A stretch of DNA of 64,000 nt from an uncultured euryarchaeote (GTDB taxonomy: Archaea; Thermoplasmatota; Poseidoniia; Poseidoniales; Poseidoniaceae): positions 78,981 through 142,980 of the forward strand of contig CALBRH010000044.1 in NCBI GenBank assembly GCA_937899865.1, given 5' to 3'. The position numbers were made by a program, and so were the translations under genes. Positions 46,587-56,500 of the stretch are shown one piece after another (position 1 is the first letter of the stretch; each line of letters starts with the position of its first letter). The notes below the pieces were generated by a model. That model was given only the letters and a program-made list of their open reading frames with translations, did no database searches and was not told where the DNA came from.

Positions 46587-49043
46587 TCAAAAGTCTAAGT
46601 CATCTTCTTCAGGTAATGGAACTGATTTGGTGTAATCATTATCATTGTCTGGTTCATCAAGCAAGTTCTGTGGATCATTTCTTTGTGTCATACTGGAGGT
46701 ATATTGCTGAGCTTCTAATTTGGTATTTTCTTCGGCAGGAGAATTTATTCCTTCGGCGTTAATAGAGTCAAGTAATTCATCAGCTTCTTTGACTACTGAT
46801 GATTTATCATGGGTATCAAGAACTAGTGATGCAGCATCTCTTAATTTTTCATTGACAGGTTCAGTAACTGGTTTTTGTCCGATAGATTTGCTTTTGAATC
46901 CACGTTCAAAATTTTCCGGAGATATTTGAGGAGATTCAATAGTACTAATTGTTTCATCGTTCTTTTTGTCAAATTTACTCATCCAGTCATCAGTTTCTGG
47001 TTTGTTATCTTTATTGTTAATTTGGCTAAATATATCGTCCTGCTCAGTTCTTAATTTCCTATCTCGTAATGCCTTACCAATGATGAGTGTTGAAGCAACT
47101 AATGATAGAATAATCCACTTCCATGAAGAGATAAACTCTGTTGTTTGGGCGAATATTTTGACCAATCCTTCCTCTTCTTCTATGCTATCTTCCTGCTGCC
47201 ATGGAACTCCTATGTATCCCACATTGGTAGTAAATGATATTGGCTCATCAGGGGCAAAACTTGACCTAATACTGACATTGAGATACATAGTTCCGTTACT
47301 TGTCTGTTCAGTTGGTATTTCTGCCCATGCTCTAACAGTGAAGTTGGAGCCAAATTCAATATCATTAATCTCGAAAGAGCGAGGAAATTCAACTCCAGAT
47401 TCAACTATTGAATCTACAGGTGGAATCAGAGTCATTTGTGTGAAATGTGAGCATTGTAACTGTACAATTATTCCATCTGCAGCATTACCATCATTGCGCA
47501 AAGTCATCGCAATATTAAATCGCCCTAATGCATCTTCTTCTTCGGTCAAATCTTGAATTGACCAGTCAATTTTTGGAGCAATGACAATATCGATTGCAAC
47601 ATTTTTTACTTGACTAGGTTCATTTGTCAAATAGACTTGGAAAATAACTTGAGAATTGGAGAATGCTTCTACTTCATTTTTGGCAGTAATGGTAAAATCA
47701 TCGATATCTGAGAAAGTATTCTTTGGAATTTCTAATGAACTTTGCTCAAAGTCAAGGGTGACAAATTCTGGAATTTGTATTGTGCTTATGGTGAATTGAT
47801 CTTGATAATTTCCATCATTAAATATTCTAAACTCTGGATTACAACTTTCTCCAGGCAATAGTGTACAATCTTGGGATAACAATTCTGTTTCAAATGCTCT
47901 ATCCCAAATTATTTGCGATGTCAAATCAACACTTATGGCCCTAGATAAAGCACCGTTTGGTGTAATTTTAACTCTAACATTAATTTCGCCTGAATTAGTA
48001 TTTGGTGATTGAAAACCAACCTCAAATGTTCTACTATTAGTTGGCATGAGGAGTTCTTCTTCATAGCCACCAAAAATAGCAACTGTCCAGCCATTATATT
48101 CTATTCTATCAGATATTGGGATGTCATCAATTACATTTCCATCACTATCAATAATTTGTAAATCTAATGTGAATAAGTTTTCCACATTGCCAGAATTTCT
48201 TATCGTCACAGGTATTCCGTTGTTTGAATCTGGGTCGAGTAGCAAATCATCACCATGACTAGATAGCGACACATTTCGGAATTCTGACATCAGTAATTCA
48301 AAACTCCAAGTTACCTCAACTAAGTCTAATCCTGATGTTGCAGTAAGTGAAAATCTTGGACCAGATAAATACAATGGGTTTGAATCAATAACTTGAGGAA
48401 TATCAATCCACATTCTGATGAATTTCAACTCACCACTTTGGAAAGATTCCATAGCCATGCCATTTTGTACATTATCCATTGTCCAGCCCCATTGCCAGTT
48501 TGAATTCGTAGATATTGAGAAACTAACATCATCAGTAAACATTCCATGATTTGTCATGTTAACAGCTAAGTTTGTTCGCAAACCAGGGTCTACAATAAAT
48601 TCTGAATCATCATCTACTCCAAATTGTAAATCAGAGTCTTTTGATATGATTAGATTAAAAAGATTCGAGTAAACTTTTCCTACTTCATTATCCGATGTTA
48701 TATTGACAAAACTAATCACAGAATTATATGGTGCATATTCATCACAAGTGTAATAGAATTTGAACATTCTAACTTGTCCTGAATTTAATGTAAACTGATT
48801 TGGTAGATTTGAGATTGAAATATTGTCAGGCAAAGCATAGGAAAAATCGATAATTGTAGTTTCATCGCCAACATTTCTAACAGTTATTGAAGCCTCTATA
48901 GTCTCGCCTCGATGAATTATGTGATTATCGCTGGCGACAATCTCCAAATTGTCATCGGTAGAATCCGTGTTAGCACTTGTATTGCCAATGATTGGTGAGA
49001 TGGTACAAATTAGTAGTAAGGCAATTACAACTAATCTGCGCAT
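46587..49043 (-). CDS. Membrane-anchored protein with tandem COG1470/NEW3-like Ig modules
   Basis: Signal peptide, five x-I/L-x-N-x-G-(N/D/M) modules, TM near the C-terminus, acidic tail. Confidence 0.7.
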   Translation of the reverse strand: MRRLVVIALLLICTISPIIGNTSANTDSTDDNLEIVASDNHIIHRGETIEASITVRNVGDETTIIDFSYALPDNISISNLPNQFTLNSGQVRMFKFYYTCDEYAPYNSVISFVNITSDNEVGKVYSNLFNLIISKDSDLQFGVDDDSEFIVDPGLRTNLAVNMTNHGMFTDDVSFSISTNSNWQWGWTMDNVQNGMAMESFQSGELKFIRMWIDIPQVIDSNPLYLSGPRFSLTATSGLDLVEVTWSFELLMSEFRNVSLSSHGDDLLLDPDSNNGIPVTIRNSGNVENLFTLDLQIIDSDGNVIDDIPISDRIEYNGWTVAIFGGYEEELLMPTNSRTFEVGFQSPNTNSGEINVRVKITPNGALSRAISVDLTSQIIWDRAFETELLSQDCTLLPGESCNPEFRIFNDGNYQDQFTISTIQIPEFVTLDFEQSSLEIPKNTFSDIDDFTITAKNEVEAFSNSQVIFQVYLTNEPSQVKNVAIDIVIAPKIDWSIQDLTEEEDALGRFNIAMTLRNDGNAADGIIVQLQCSHFTQMTLIPPVDSIVESGVEFPRSFEINDIEFGSNFTVRAWAEIPTEQTSNGTMYLNVSIRSSFAPDEPISFTTNVGYIGVPWQQEDSIEEEEGLVKIFAQTTEFISSWKWIILSLVASTLIIGKALRDRKLRTEQDDIFSQINNKDNKPETDDWMSKFDKKNDETISTIESPQISPENFERGFKSKSIGQKPVTEPVNEKLRDAASLVLDTHDKSSVVKEADELLDSINAEGINSPAEENTKLEAQQYTSSMTQRNDPQNLLDEPDNDNDYTKSVPLPEEDDLDF

Positions 49044-49092
49044 GATACTTGCATGATAAGTAGCATTTCAAACAATGCTATGTTTTGTGCAA

Positions 49093-50784
49093 TTAAACCG
49101 GGTCAGGAATTGATTTAGCAATTTCTTGAAGAGAAAATTCTGCACCATTCATTGGTACATTTAATTCAAAGAGTTCGGCAACATGGGGGTCTATCTCGCC
49201 AAAACATCCAATATGGTTGCCATTAACTACTACTTTTGCAGCCCTTCCTGCAAGCCATGGTCCTTCATTTTCAGGTAATGGTGAAATCTCGTATTCAGTA
49301 GCACCTAAATCACGTAAAAAGGCTTGAATTCTCCCTCTAATTGCGGCAAAACCACCGCTTCGTTCAGCGATTAAGAATGCTAATCGGGATGAATTTTTAT
49401 GGCCCCTAACCACTGTTCCAACTTCATAAACACTCTGAGGAAGGTCATGATGCCTGTTAGTTGAGAGCAATCTTAGTAATCCAGGTAAGAGATATTGTCG
49501 AAGTAATGTATGGTCTATTGTAATTGGATTAGTTATTCTAGTTACTTCCCCAACACCGTTTAACCTAACCAAATTAAATTGATCATCATCATTTGACAAA
49601 GTAAGAGACTGTATTTGCATCATTCCTAATCCTTGCATTGAATCCCTAACTCTTCGTAATAAATTCGCATCATCTCGTGGCTTTGCAGTCATTGGTGAGC
49701 GTGGTATATCTTCACCTAAATCTTCGTAGCCGTGACCAATTGCTATATCTTCAACTAAATCAACAGGATGCAATATGTCAAATCTCCATCTTGGCATATT
49801 GATAGTTATTGAATCTCCATCTCGAGAGATAAATTTCCCACCCATGCGATTAATGGCATTAGTTATTGCTTCATCACTAAGTTCACTTCCAAGTAATCCA
49901 TTTAGCATTTTTATCGGTAACTCGTGCTTAACCGAACTTCCATTAGGGTAATGTTGTGTCATGCCATGACAGTTTGTCACCTCTACTGATTCTATGGTTC
50001 CGCCAAGTTCCTGTAATTGTATTGCAATTAGCATTAATGATGCTTCACAAGAACGGAAGTCCCAGCCGGTTACATCGATAAAGAAATCCTTAGTAGTTGA
50101 AGTCACGGTAGTATGATCGCCATTGATTATCGGTGGGAATGACAAAACATTGTCATTAGCATCAACAATGATTGGAAATTTCTCAAAATCTTCTACTAAG
50201 TGTGCGTAATCAACGCCTTTAGGGTGCTGTTGTAAAATATCATTGATAGTCATCGCCTCAGTCATAGCCAATGGGATGAATTTTGTATCTCCACTGACAG
50301 CCTTTACGGTAAATGGCGGAGCAAGTTTGGACAAATCATGAACGCCAATAGATGCTCTTTTTCTACCCCTTCCTAATGCAAAGTGTAATTTTTCTTGATG
50401 ATCCATTAGTGATTTAATAAAATCATCAGCAGAAATATCTAGTTTAGCAAGATCAATTCCTCTTACTACAGCACCAAGGATAATTGGTCTAATATGTTCT
50501 AATTCAGAATCTACTGCCATGGCTATTTCGCCATGTTTTATTTCTAAATCAGGATTTGAGTCTTGAAGGTGAATAAAATTCCTAATGGCTCGAGAAAGAG
50601 TTTCACCTGACAATAAATCTGGTCGATTAGGGAATATTTCAATATCTAGAATCTCATCATCACATCTGTCTATATCGGTTCCCAGTAATGGTAATTGTTC
50701 TGCTAACTTCGGAATATCATGGCGATGTCCATGCTTTTTGAGTAATTTTTCAATTAACTTTTGCTCTACTGATATTGTTGGCAT
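49093..50784 (-). CDS. pheT: Phenylalanine--tRNA ligase beta subunit (archaeal type)
   Basis: NRPDLLS, QEKLH ... GRGRKRASIGVHD, SFPPIIN, RFDILHPVDLVEDIAIGHGY and GEIDP. Confidence 0.96.
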   Translation of the reverse strand: MPTISVEQKLIEKLLKKHGHRHDIPKLAEQLPLLGTDIDRCDDEILDIEIFPNRPDLLSGETLSRAIRNFIHLQDSNPDLEIKHGEIAMAVDSELEHIRPIILGAVVRGIDLAKLDISADDFIKSLMDHQEKLHFALGRGRKRASIGVHDLSKLAPPFTVKAVSGDTKFIPLAMTEAMTINDILQQHPKGVDYAHLVEDFEKFPIIVDANDNVLSFPPIINGDHTTVTSTTKDFFIDVTGWDFRSCEASLMLIAIQLQELGGTIESVEVTNCHGMTQHYPNGSSVKHELPIKMLNGLLGSELSDEAITNAINRMGGKFISRDGDSITINMPRWRFDILHPVDLVEDIAIGHGYEDLGEDIPRSPMTAKPRDDANLLRRVRDSMQGLGMMQIQSLTLSNDDDQFNLVRLNGVGEVTRITNPITIDHTLLRQYLLPGLLRLLSTNRHHDLPQSVYEVGTVVRGHKNSSRLAFLIAERSGGFAAIRGRIQAFLRDLGATEYEISPLPENEGPWLAGRAAKVVVNGNHIGCFGEIDPHVAELFELNVPMNGAEFSLQEIAKSIPDPV

Positions 50785-50792
50785 TTTAGCAC

Positions 50793-52361
50793 CTACCTTG
50801 CAAACCAGTGTGGAAGCGGTCTTTCGTAACCTGATAGTCTTAATCCGCTGACAGCAGCAGTTTCAAAGTCCAGAGCTCTCAAATTTTGCCTGCTAAGTGA
50901 GTCAATTGATTCAAGCCCCAGTCTTTGCAAAATTTGCGATAAGTGATTCTGAATCTCATTCAACCAAATGGAAATTTGATTGTAATCTTCAGATGGTGTA
51001 GAGCAACAGACAAACTTTAGCCCCGAAGCACGAAGTTTTGCTATGTCCTCTGCGTTTGCTGAAAATCCAATTGCAATTCCAGAATCAGTGTAACTATTTT
51101 CAAGATTAGCTTTACTACTTCTTCCAACAAGTACTAAACTTGCAGATTCAGAAGTGCCAGTTTCATCTTCAATCACACATATTGTTAGATCACAATTATG
51201 GTATGCAGATGTTTTGTGAAGCGTTTCAATCCTGCCAACACCATCAGAAAATCCAAATGGTTTTTCAGAGCCAAGAAGTGACCTAATTGCAACCAACATA
51301 CCATCTAATTCTTCAGCACTCATACTAGGCAAATTCATCATATCGATAACAACTCCACCACATACACTCAAAGCATCGGTTGAATGAGAAATATTTGAGA
51401 GGTTTATTGACAAAAAGTCAATTTTTCTAGGATTGCTTTCAACAATGAATGGTTGAGATTCGACTAATTTCGATGACTCTTTGCCATTAGAGAGAATTTT
51501 CCCATCAGATAAAATTGGAATTATCGGCAATGGTAAAGCGATTGGCGTATTGGATTCAGCTCTTTCTCCTAGTAATGCAACAGTATCGCAAGTAGCATAA
51601 TGCATATTCTTAGGTTGGCCAGCAGGAACTAAACCAATCATTGATAGGTCGCCTGCTGAAACTATTTTTTCATTATTTTCAAGTTGCGCATCCCCATTAG
51701 GTTCAAGACATACTGAATCATTTGGAATAAGGAAATTCTTGTCATCTATCTCCTTGTTCAAATCTTTTAACTCCGAATCAGTAATTGGTCTAAGCACCAC
51801 TCCTTCAGGAGGGTTAGGGCATCTCCCATTGACTATGATTTTTCCACCGACCATCCCAGCACCAGGATCATTGCCAATATCACCATCAACTACAATGATT
51901 CCTCCACTCATGCCACCTCCAACTCGTAAACCAGCATTGCCCCTAACAACAATTAATCCACCAGACATGCATGAACCTAAATCATCTCCACATCCATCAA
52001 GAATCGAAATCTGTCCTGATTTCATAGCAAAACCAGCATAGTTTCCAGCACTTCTTTCGCAGGTGATAATATTACCATTATTTGCTGCCCCTAAATAAGA
52101 ACCACAATCACCTTGAATCGTGAACATACCACCTTTACCAAATGATGCTGTCCAAGAACCTAAAGTACCCAATGCCCTAATTTTAGCACCTTTGGGAATT
52201 CCTGGGCATAGACCAAGTTCACCATTCTTTGGAACAGGGTCTCCTGCATTGGTCCAGCCAATTCGCAGTATCGCATTTTGTTCTGCAGCAGCCTCAAGTT
52301 TAGGACCTAGTTTATTGTTGATGTTAAATGACCTTGCCACAACATCAAGAGCATCCGCCAT
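50793..52361 (-). CDS. Glutamate synthase-related protein: GXGXG (GltB domain 3) fused to a degenerate FMN-binding domain 2
   Basis: Gly-rich repeats (AGFAMKSG, LGSCMSGG, VGGGMSGG, PGAGMVGG); C-terminus LSRQNLRALD ... AAVSGLRLSG resembles the end of archaeal GltB2; start moved to ATG 52361. Confidence 0.7.
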   Translation of the reverse strand: MADALDVVARSFNINNKLGPKLEAAAEQNAILRIGWTNAGDPVPKNGELGLCPGIPKGAKIRALGTLGSWTASFGKGGMFTIQGDCGSYLGAANNGNIITCERSAGNYAGFAMKSGQISILDGCGDDLGSCMSGGLIVVRGNAGLRVGGGMSGGIIVVDGDIGNDPGAGMVGGKIIVNGRCPNPPEGVVLRPITDSELKDLNKEIDDKNFLIPNDSVCLEPNGDAQLENNEKIVSAGDLSMIGLVPAGQPKNMHYATCDTVALLGERAESNTPIALPLPIIPILSDGKILSNGKESSKLVESQPFIVESNPRKIDFLSINLSNISHSTDALSVCGGVVIDMMNLPSMSAEELDGMLVAIRSLLGSEKPFGFSDGVGRIETLHKTSAYHNCDLTICVIEDETGTSESASLVLVGRSSKANLENSYTDSGIAIGFSANAEDIAKLRASGLKFVCCSTPSEDYNQISIWLNEIQNHLSQILQRLGLESIDSLSRQNLRALDFETAAVSGLRLSGYERPLPHWFAR

Positions 52362-52489
52362 GTACCTATGTCGAACGAGGATGAACATATACTCTTCTTA
52401 TTGCTATTGATATGAAGCCCAATTTCACAATGATATTTATGATACGATTTGTTAATAGATATTCTTCATTGACCCATGGTTGTGAGACT

Positions 52490-53530
52490 ATGGTAATCAA
52501 GGTCGCAATTAATGGATATGGCACAATTGGAAAAAGGGTAGCGGATGCGGTTGATGCACAAGATGACATGGAGATTGTTGGTGTAACTAAAACACGTCCG
52601 GCCTTTGGTTGTGATTTAGCAGTTAGAAAAGGGTATCCAATATACTGCACTTATGATGATGCAGAAAAGATTGCTGCGTTTGCTTCAGCTGGTTATGAAT
52701 GTCATGGTGGTCTTACTGATTTATTGAATATTGCAGATATAGTAATTGATTGCTCACCGGGAAAAGTAGGTGCAGGTAATTTGGAAAAATATCAGTCAGC
52801 AGGTGTAAAATGGATATTCCAAGGTGGTGAAAAACATGCTATGACTGGTATGTCTTATACCTCATCAGCTAATCATGAAGAAAATTTGAATGTTGAAGGA
52901 ACTAGAGTAGTTTCATGCAACACAACGGGGCTATCAAGAACTCTTGTTCCATTGTACAATCATTGTGGCTCACTTTCTGTTGAATGCACCATGATTCGTA
53001 GAGCAGCAGATCCTGGCGATTCAAGCAAAGGTCCTATCAATGCTATCAAACCAGTTTTGAAAGTTCCTTCTCACCATGGGCCGGATGTAATGACTGTAAA
53101 ACCTGAAATTTCAATTAATTCTATGGCAGTAGCAGTTCCTACAACAATAATGCATGTTCACGTAATAGTGGCTCAACTTCCTGAAGGCCATGGTCTAACA
53201 ACTGAATCAATTATTGATATGTGGTCAAATGAACCAAGAATAATTCTCATGAGCGGCGGTGAGACTGGAATCACTACTACTGCAGAGGTTATGGAATACG
53301 CTCGAGACATAGGTCGGAAGTGGGGAGATTTGCACGAAATTTTTGTTTGGCGTGACGGTGTAAAACTTGAAGCAAATACCCTCTACTACTTCCAGGCAAT
53401 CCATCAAGAATCTGATGTTATTCCAGAGAATGTCGATGCTATTAGGGCATTAATGGGAACTGAGTCAAATTGGCGAGTTTCGGTTGAGAAAACCGACAAT
53501 GCTATTGCACAATACAACAATATTTTATGA
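52490..53530 (+). CDS. gap: Glyceraldehyde-3-phosphate dehydrogenase, archaeal type II
   Basis: INGYGTIGKRVADAV, VVSCNTTG (catalytic Cys), PSHHGPDV and QAIHQES; start moved to ATG 52490. Confidence 0.97.
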   Translation: MVIKVAINGYGTIGKRVADAVDAQDDMEIVGVTKTRPAFGCDLAVRKGYPIYCTYDDAEKIAAFASAGYECHGGLTDLLNIADIVIDCSPGKVGAGNLEKYQSAGVKWIFQGGEKHAMTGMSYTSSANHEENLNVEGTRVVSCNTTGLSRTLVPLYNHCGSLSVECTMIRRAADPGDSSKGPINAIKPVLKVPSHHGPDVMTVKPEISINSMAVAVPTTIMHVHVIVAQLPEGHGLTTESIIDMWSNEPRIILMSGGETGITTTAEVMEYARDIGRKWGDLHEIFVWRDGVKLEANTLYYFQAIHQESDVIPENVDAIRALMGTESNWRVSVEKTDNAIAQYNNIL

Positions 53531-53586
53531 GCAATTTGTCCACAATGAATGGTTGTTTTCAAAAACCAAGTGTATTTCCCCGTATT

Positions 53587-56500
53587 ATGCTGAAGCCGAG
53601 GCAAGTCCTTTTTGGAATAATTCTTTTCCTCGGAATCTCTTTTTCACCGATGGTAAATAATGATGTTTTGGAAGCCGATATGACTGCTGAAACAACTCAA
53701 TTTGACGAAAACTATGGCAAATTGGCTAATGCGGCAGATAATTGGCATCAAGCATCAAGCAAAACTATTGATGGCTTAACTGTAAAAGAGTTGAGTGGTA
53801 ATTTCAATTTAGCACATGGTTCATTCGATCCGCTTTCAGAATTTCCACCATACATTCCTGATTTATTCAAGAATGATAATGATTTTCAGAATACTGGCAT
53901 GAAGTTTGTCCAACTAATGGATTACCAATATCAGTTACTTTATGATTTGGAAAATAATGGTGATATTAAGATTCTAGATGTACTTGGAGATGGTAATTTC
54001 ATTATCAGGATTTCATCAAATGGTGTTGGAGCCTTAGAACAGTTAGAAAATTCAGTACAAATTCGTTGGATGGAAAATATACACCCCGGATATCGATTAC
54101 ACCCTGATTTGTTGATTAACAATAAATATTCTACTCTTGCTGTTGTACCAACTAATGATTTAGGTCATGGGGGGTATGGTGAGTTAGCATTAGACCTTGT
54201 TAACTACGGAGCCAACGATGCTTGGTGCGGTTATTCTATGTGTCAAGTTGAATTAGTCAACTACAACCAATTTATTCTAAGTGCGGCTAATGATGGGCGT
54301 ATAATTTGGGTAGAACCGATTTCTCAATTAACGGTTCATAATGGTGTTGCAAGAGCAATTAGCGGTGTAGTATCAGTAGAAAATGATGCATTATTTACCT
54401 TAGATGGCTCCGGTGAGATGTTGGCTATTGCAGATACTGGATTAGATAGAGATCATCCAGATATTGCAGGTCGAGTTGCTGCTGTTTACACACAATTTGG
54501 TCTTGATACTTCACCAGCAGATACCAATGGTGGACATGGGACACACGTTACATTGACTGCAATTGGAGATGGAACAAGTGATTCATCAACAAAGGGTATC
54601 GCTCCAGAGGCTTCTGTTACCATGTATGCTCTTGAACATGACCCAACTGGTGTATTTGGTAGGCAAGGTTCAATCTATGACTTGTTAGCTGATGCTAAGC
54701 AAAAAACTGCTAGAATTGCAATTAATGCTTGGGGTCTTAATGGAAACTATGGAGAATATACTGCTGATTCGAGGTCAGTAGATCAATTTGTCAAAGATGA
54801 AGAAACCCTTTTACCAATCTTTTCAGTTGGTGATTGGGAAGGGAATGGGGATTCTTTAGTCACAGCCCCTGCAACGGCCAAAAATGTACTCTCTGTAGGT
54901 GTCAGTACAACAGGTTCTGGAGGCAGTACTCCTCAAGGTTCTGTAGACCCGATTTCAAGAGAAGGTCCAACTATTGATGGAAGAATAAAACCAGATGTTG
55001 TTGCTCCTGGAATTGAAATCTGTTCTGGTCGAGCAGAAGAAGCTAGAAACCCGAGCGGCTTTGCTTGTGCAACAGGAGTGCATTCTAACGGTGAATCACA
55101 ATATATGACTCTCTCGGGAACATCACAATCAGCTTCAGTTGCTGGAGGTCTTGCTGCCCTAACACGCGAATATCTAAGGGAACAAGTGAATATCCCATCT
55201 CCATCAGCATCTTTAATCAAGGCAGCAATGATTAACGGAGCAGATGACTTAGGTGCTCCAGATGTGCCTAATAACCAAGAGGGATGGGGTCAATTAAATC
55301 TTCAAAATACTGTAATGCCAATGGATGGAAATACTGAATTATCTACATTTTATGATGATGGAAAAACTCTCCAACCCTCATTTGGTCTATTATATGAATT
55401 AAATCTAGACCCTGTTCATGGTATTGAAGTAACATTGGCATGGAATGATGAGGCAGGTAGTGCTAATTCTGCTCAAACAAGTTCCAAACTTGTCAACGAT
55501 TTGGATTTAATTTTATTCGACCCAGATGGAAATCAGTGGCTTGGTAATAATTTCAATTTAGGATATTCTGCCTTGGGCGGGACAAGTGATTCTTTGAATA
55601 ATGTTGAGCGCATAAGTATTGAACCAAATACTATGTCAAATGCTGGCCAATGGCTCGTACAGGTAATTCATCGTGGTGGAGTTAACCAAGATTTTAGCAT
55701 TGTGATTACTGGTGATGCATCGATTGTCTCAAGACCGGATCTTTATGCATTCCCGGAGTCAATTTACTTATCATCTGAGTCACCACTACAAAATGATGTA
55801 GTATCAGTTCGTGTTTCTTGGATGAATCAGGGAACTGCTGATGCTGGTTCGTTCGATTGGAAATTAGAAGATTTAACCGAGGGTACAGTTTTGATGCAAG
55901 GTCAGTCATCAGGAGTTTCTTCAAGCGGCATTCAATCTGAAATTACCACACGCTCCTTTTCGACTACTGGTACACATACATTGAAACTCAGTTTAGATGT
56001 AAATAATGACTTAGATGAAATGAATGATGAATCTTCAGGTGTAAACAATAATATTCTCGAAATAGATGTTGTTGTTTCTGCATTAGGAGTAAGAGTAATT
56101 CCATTAGATGACGATGGAAATGTACCAGTTAGTGAAGCGGAACGTCAACAAGCGGCAATAAAGCAGTTTGATGTAAGGAATGACACTGATATCGATATAC
56201 CTATATCTATAGTCAATGAAGGTACTGGGACGGAAATGGTCACCTTGTCTTATACCAATGTTCAAGAGAAACATCCAGTATTCAATTACTTTATTTCACC
56301 TGAAGATTCATGGCAAAAATCAGTTTCACAATCGGGTCCATATCAATTAGCTCCTCAAGGACAAACAGATGATAGTATTGAAGTAACTTTGAATTTTGAT
56401 AATATTAATTCAAATTTAGATGATCCAGACAATCCTAGATATGCTCGTTCAGGAACGTTCTATGTCGATGTAACAGTTGCATATCAAACACAACCGACAG

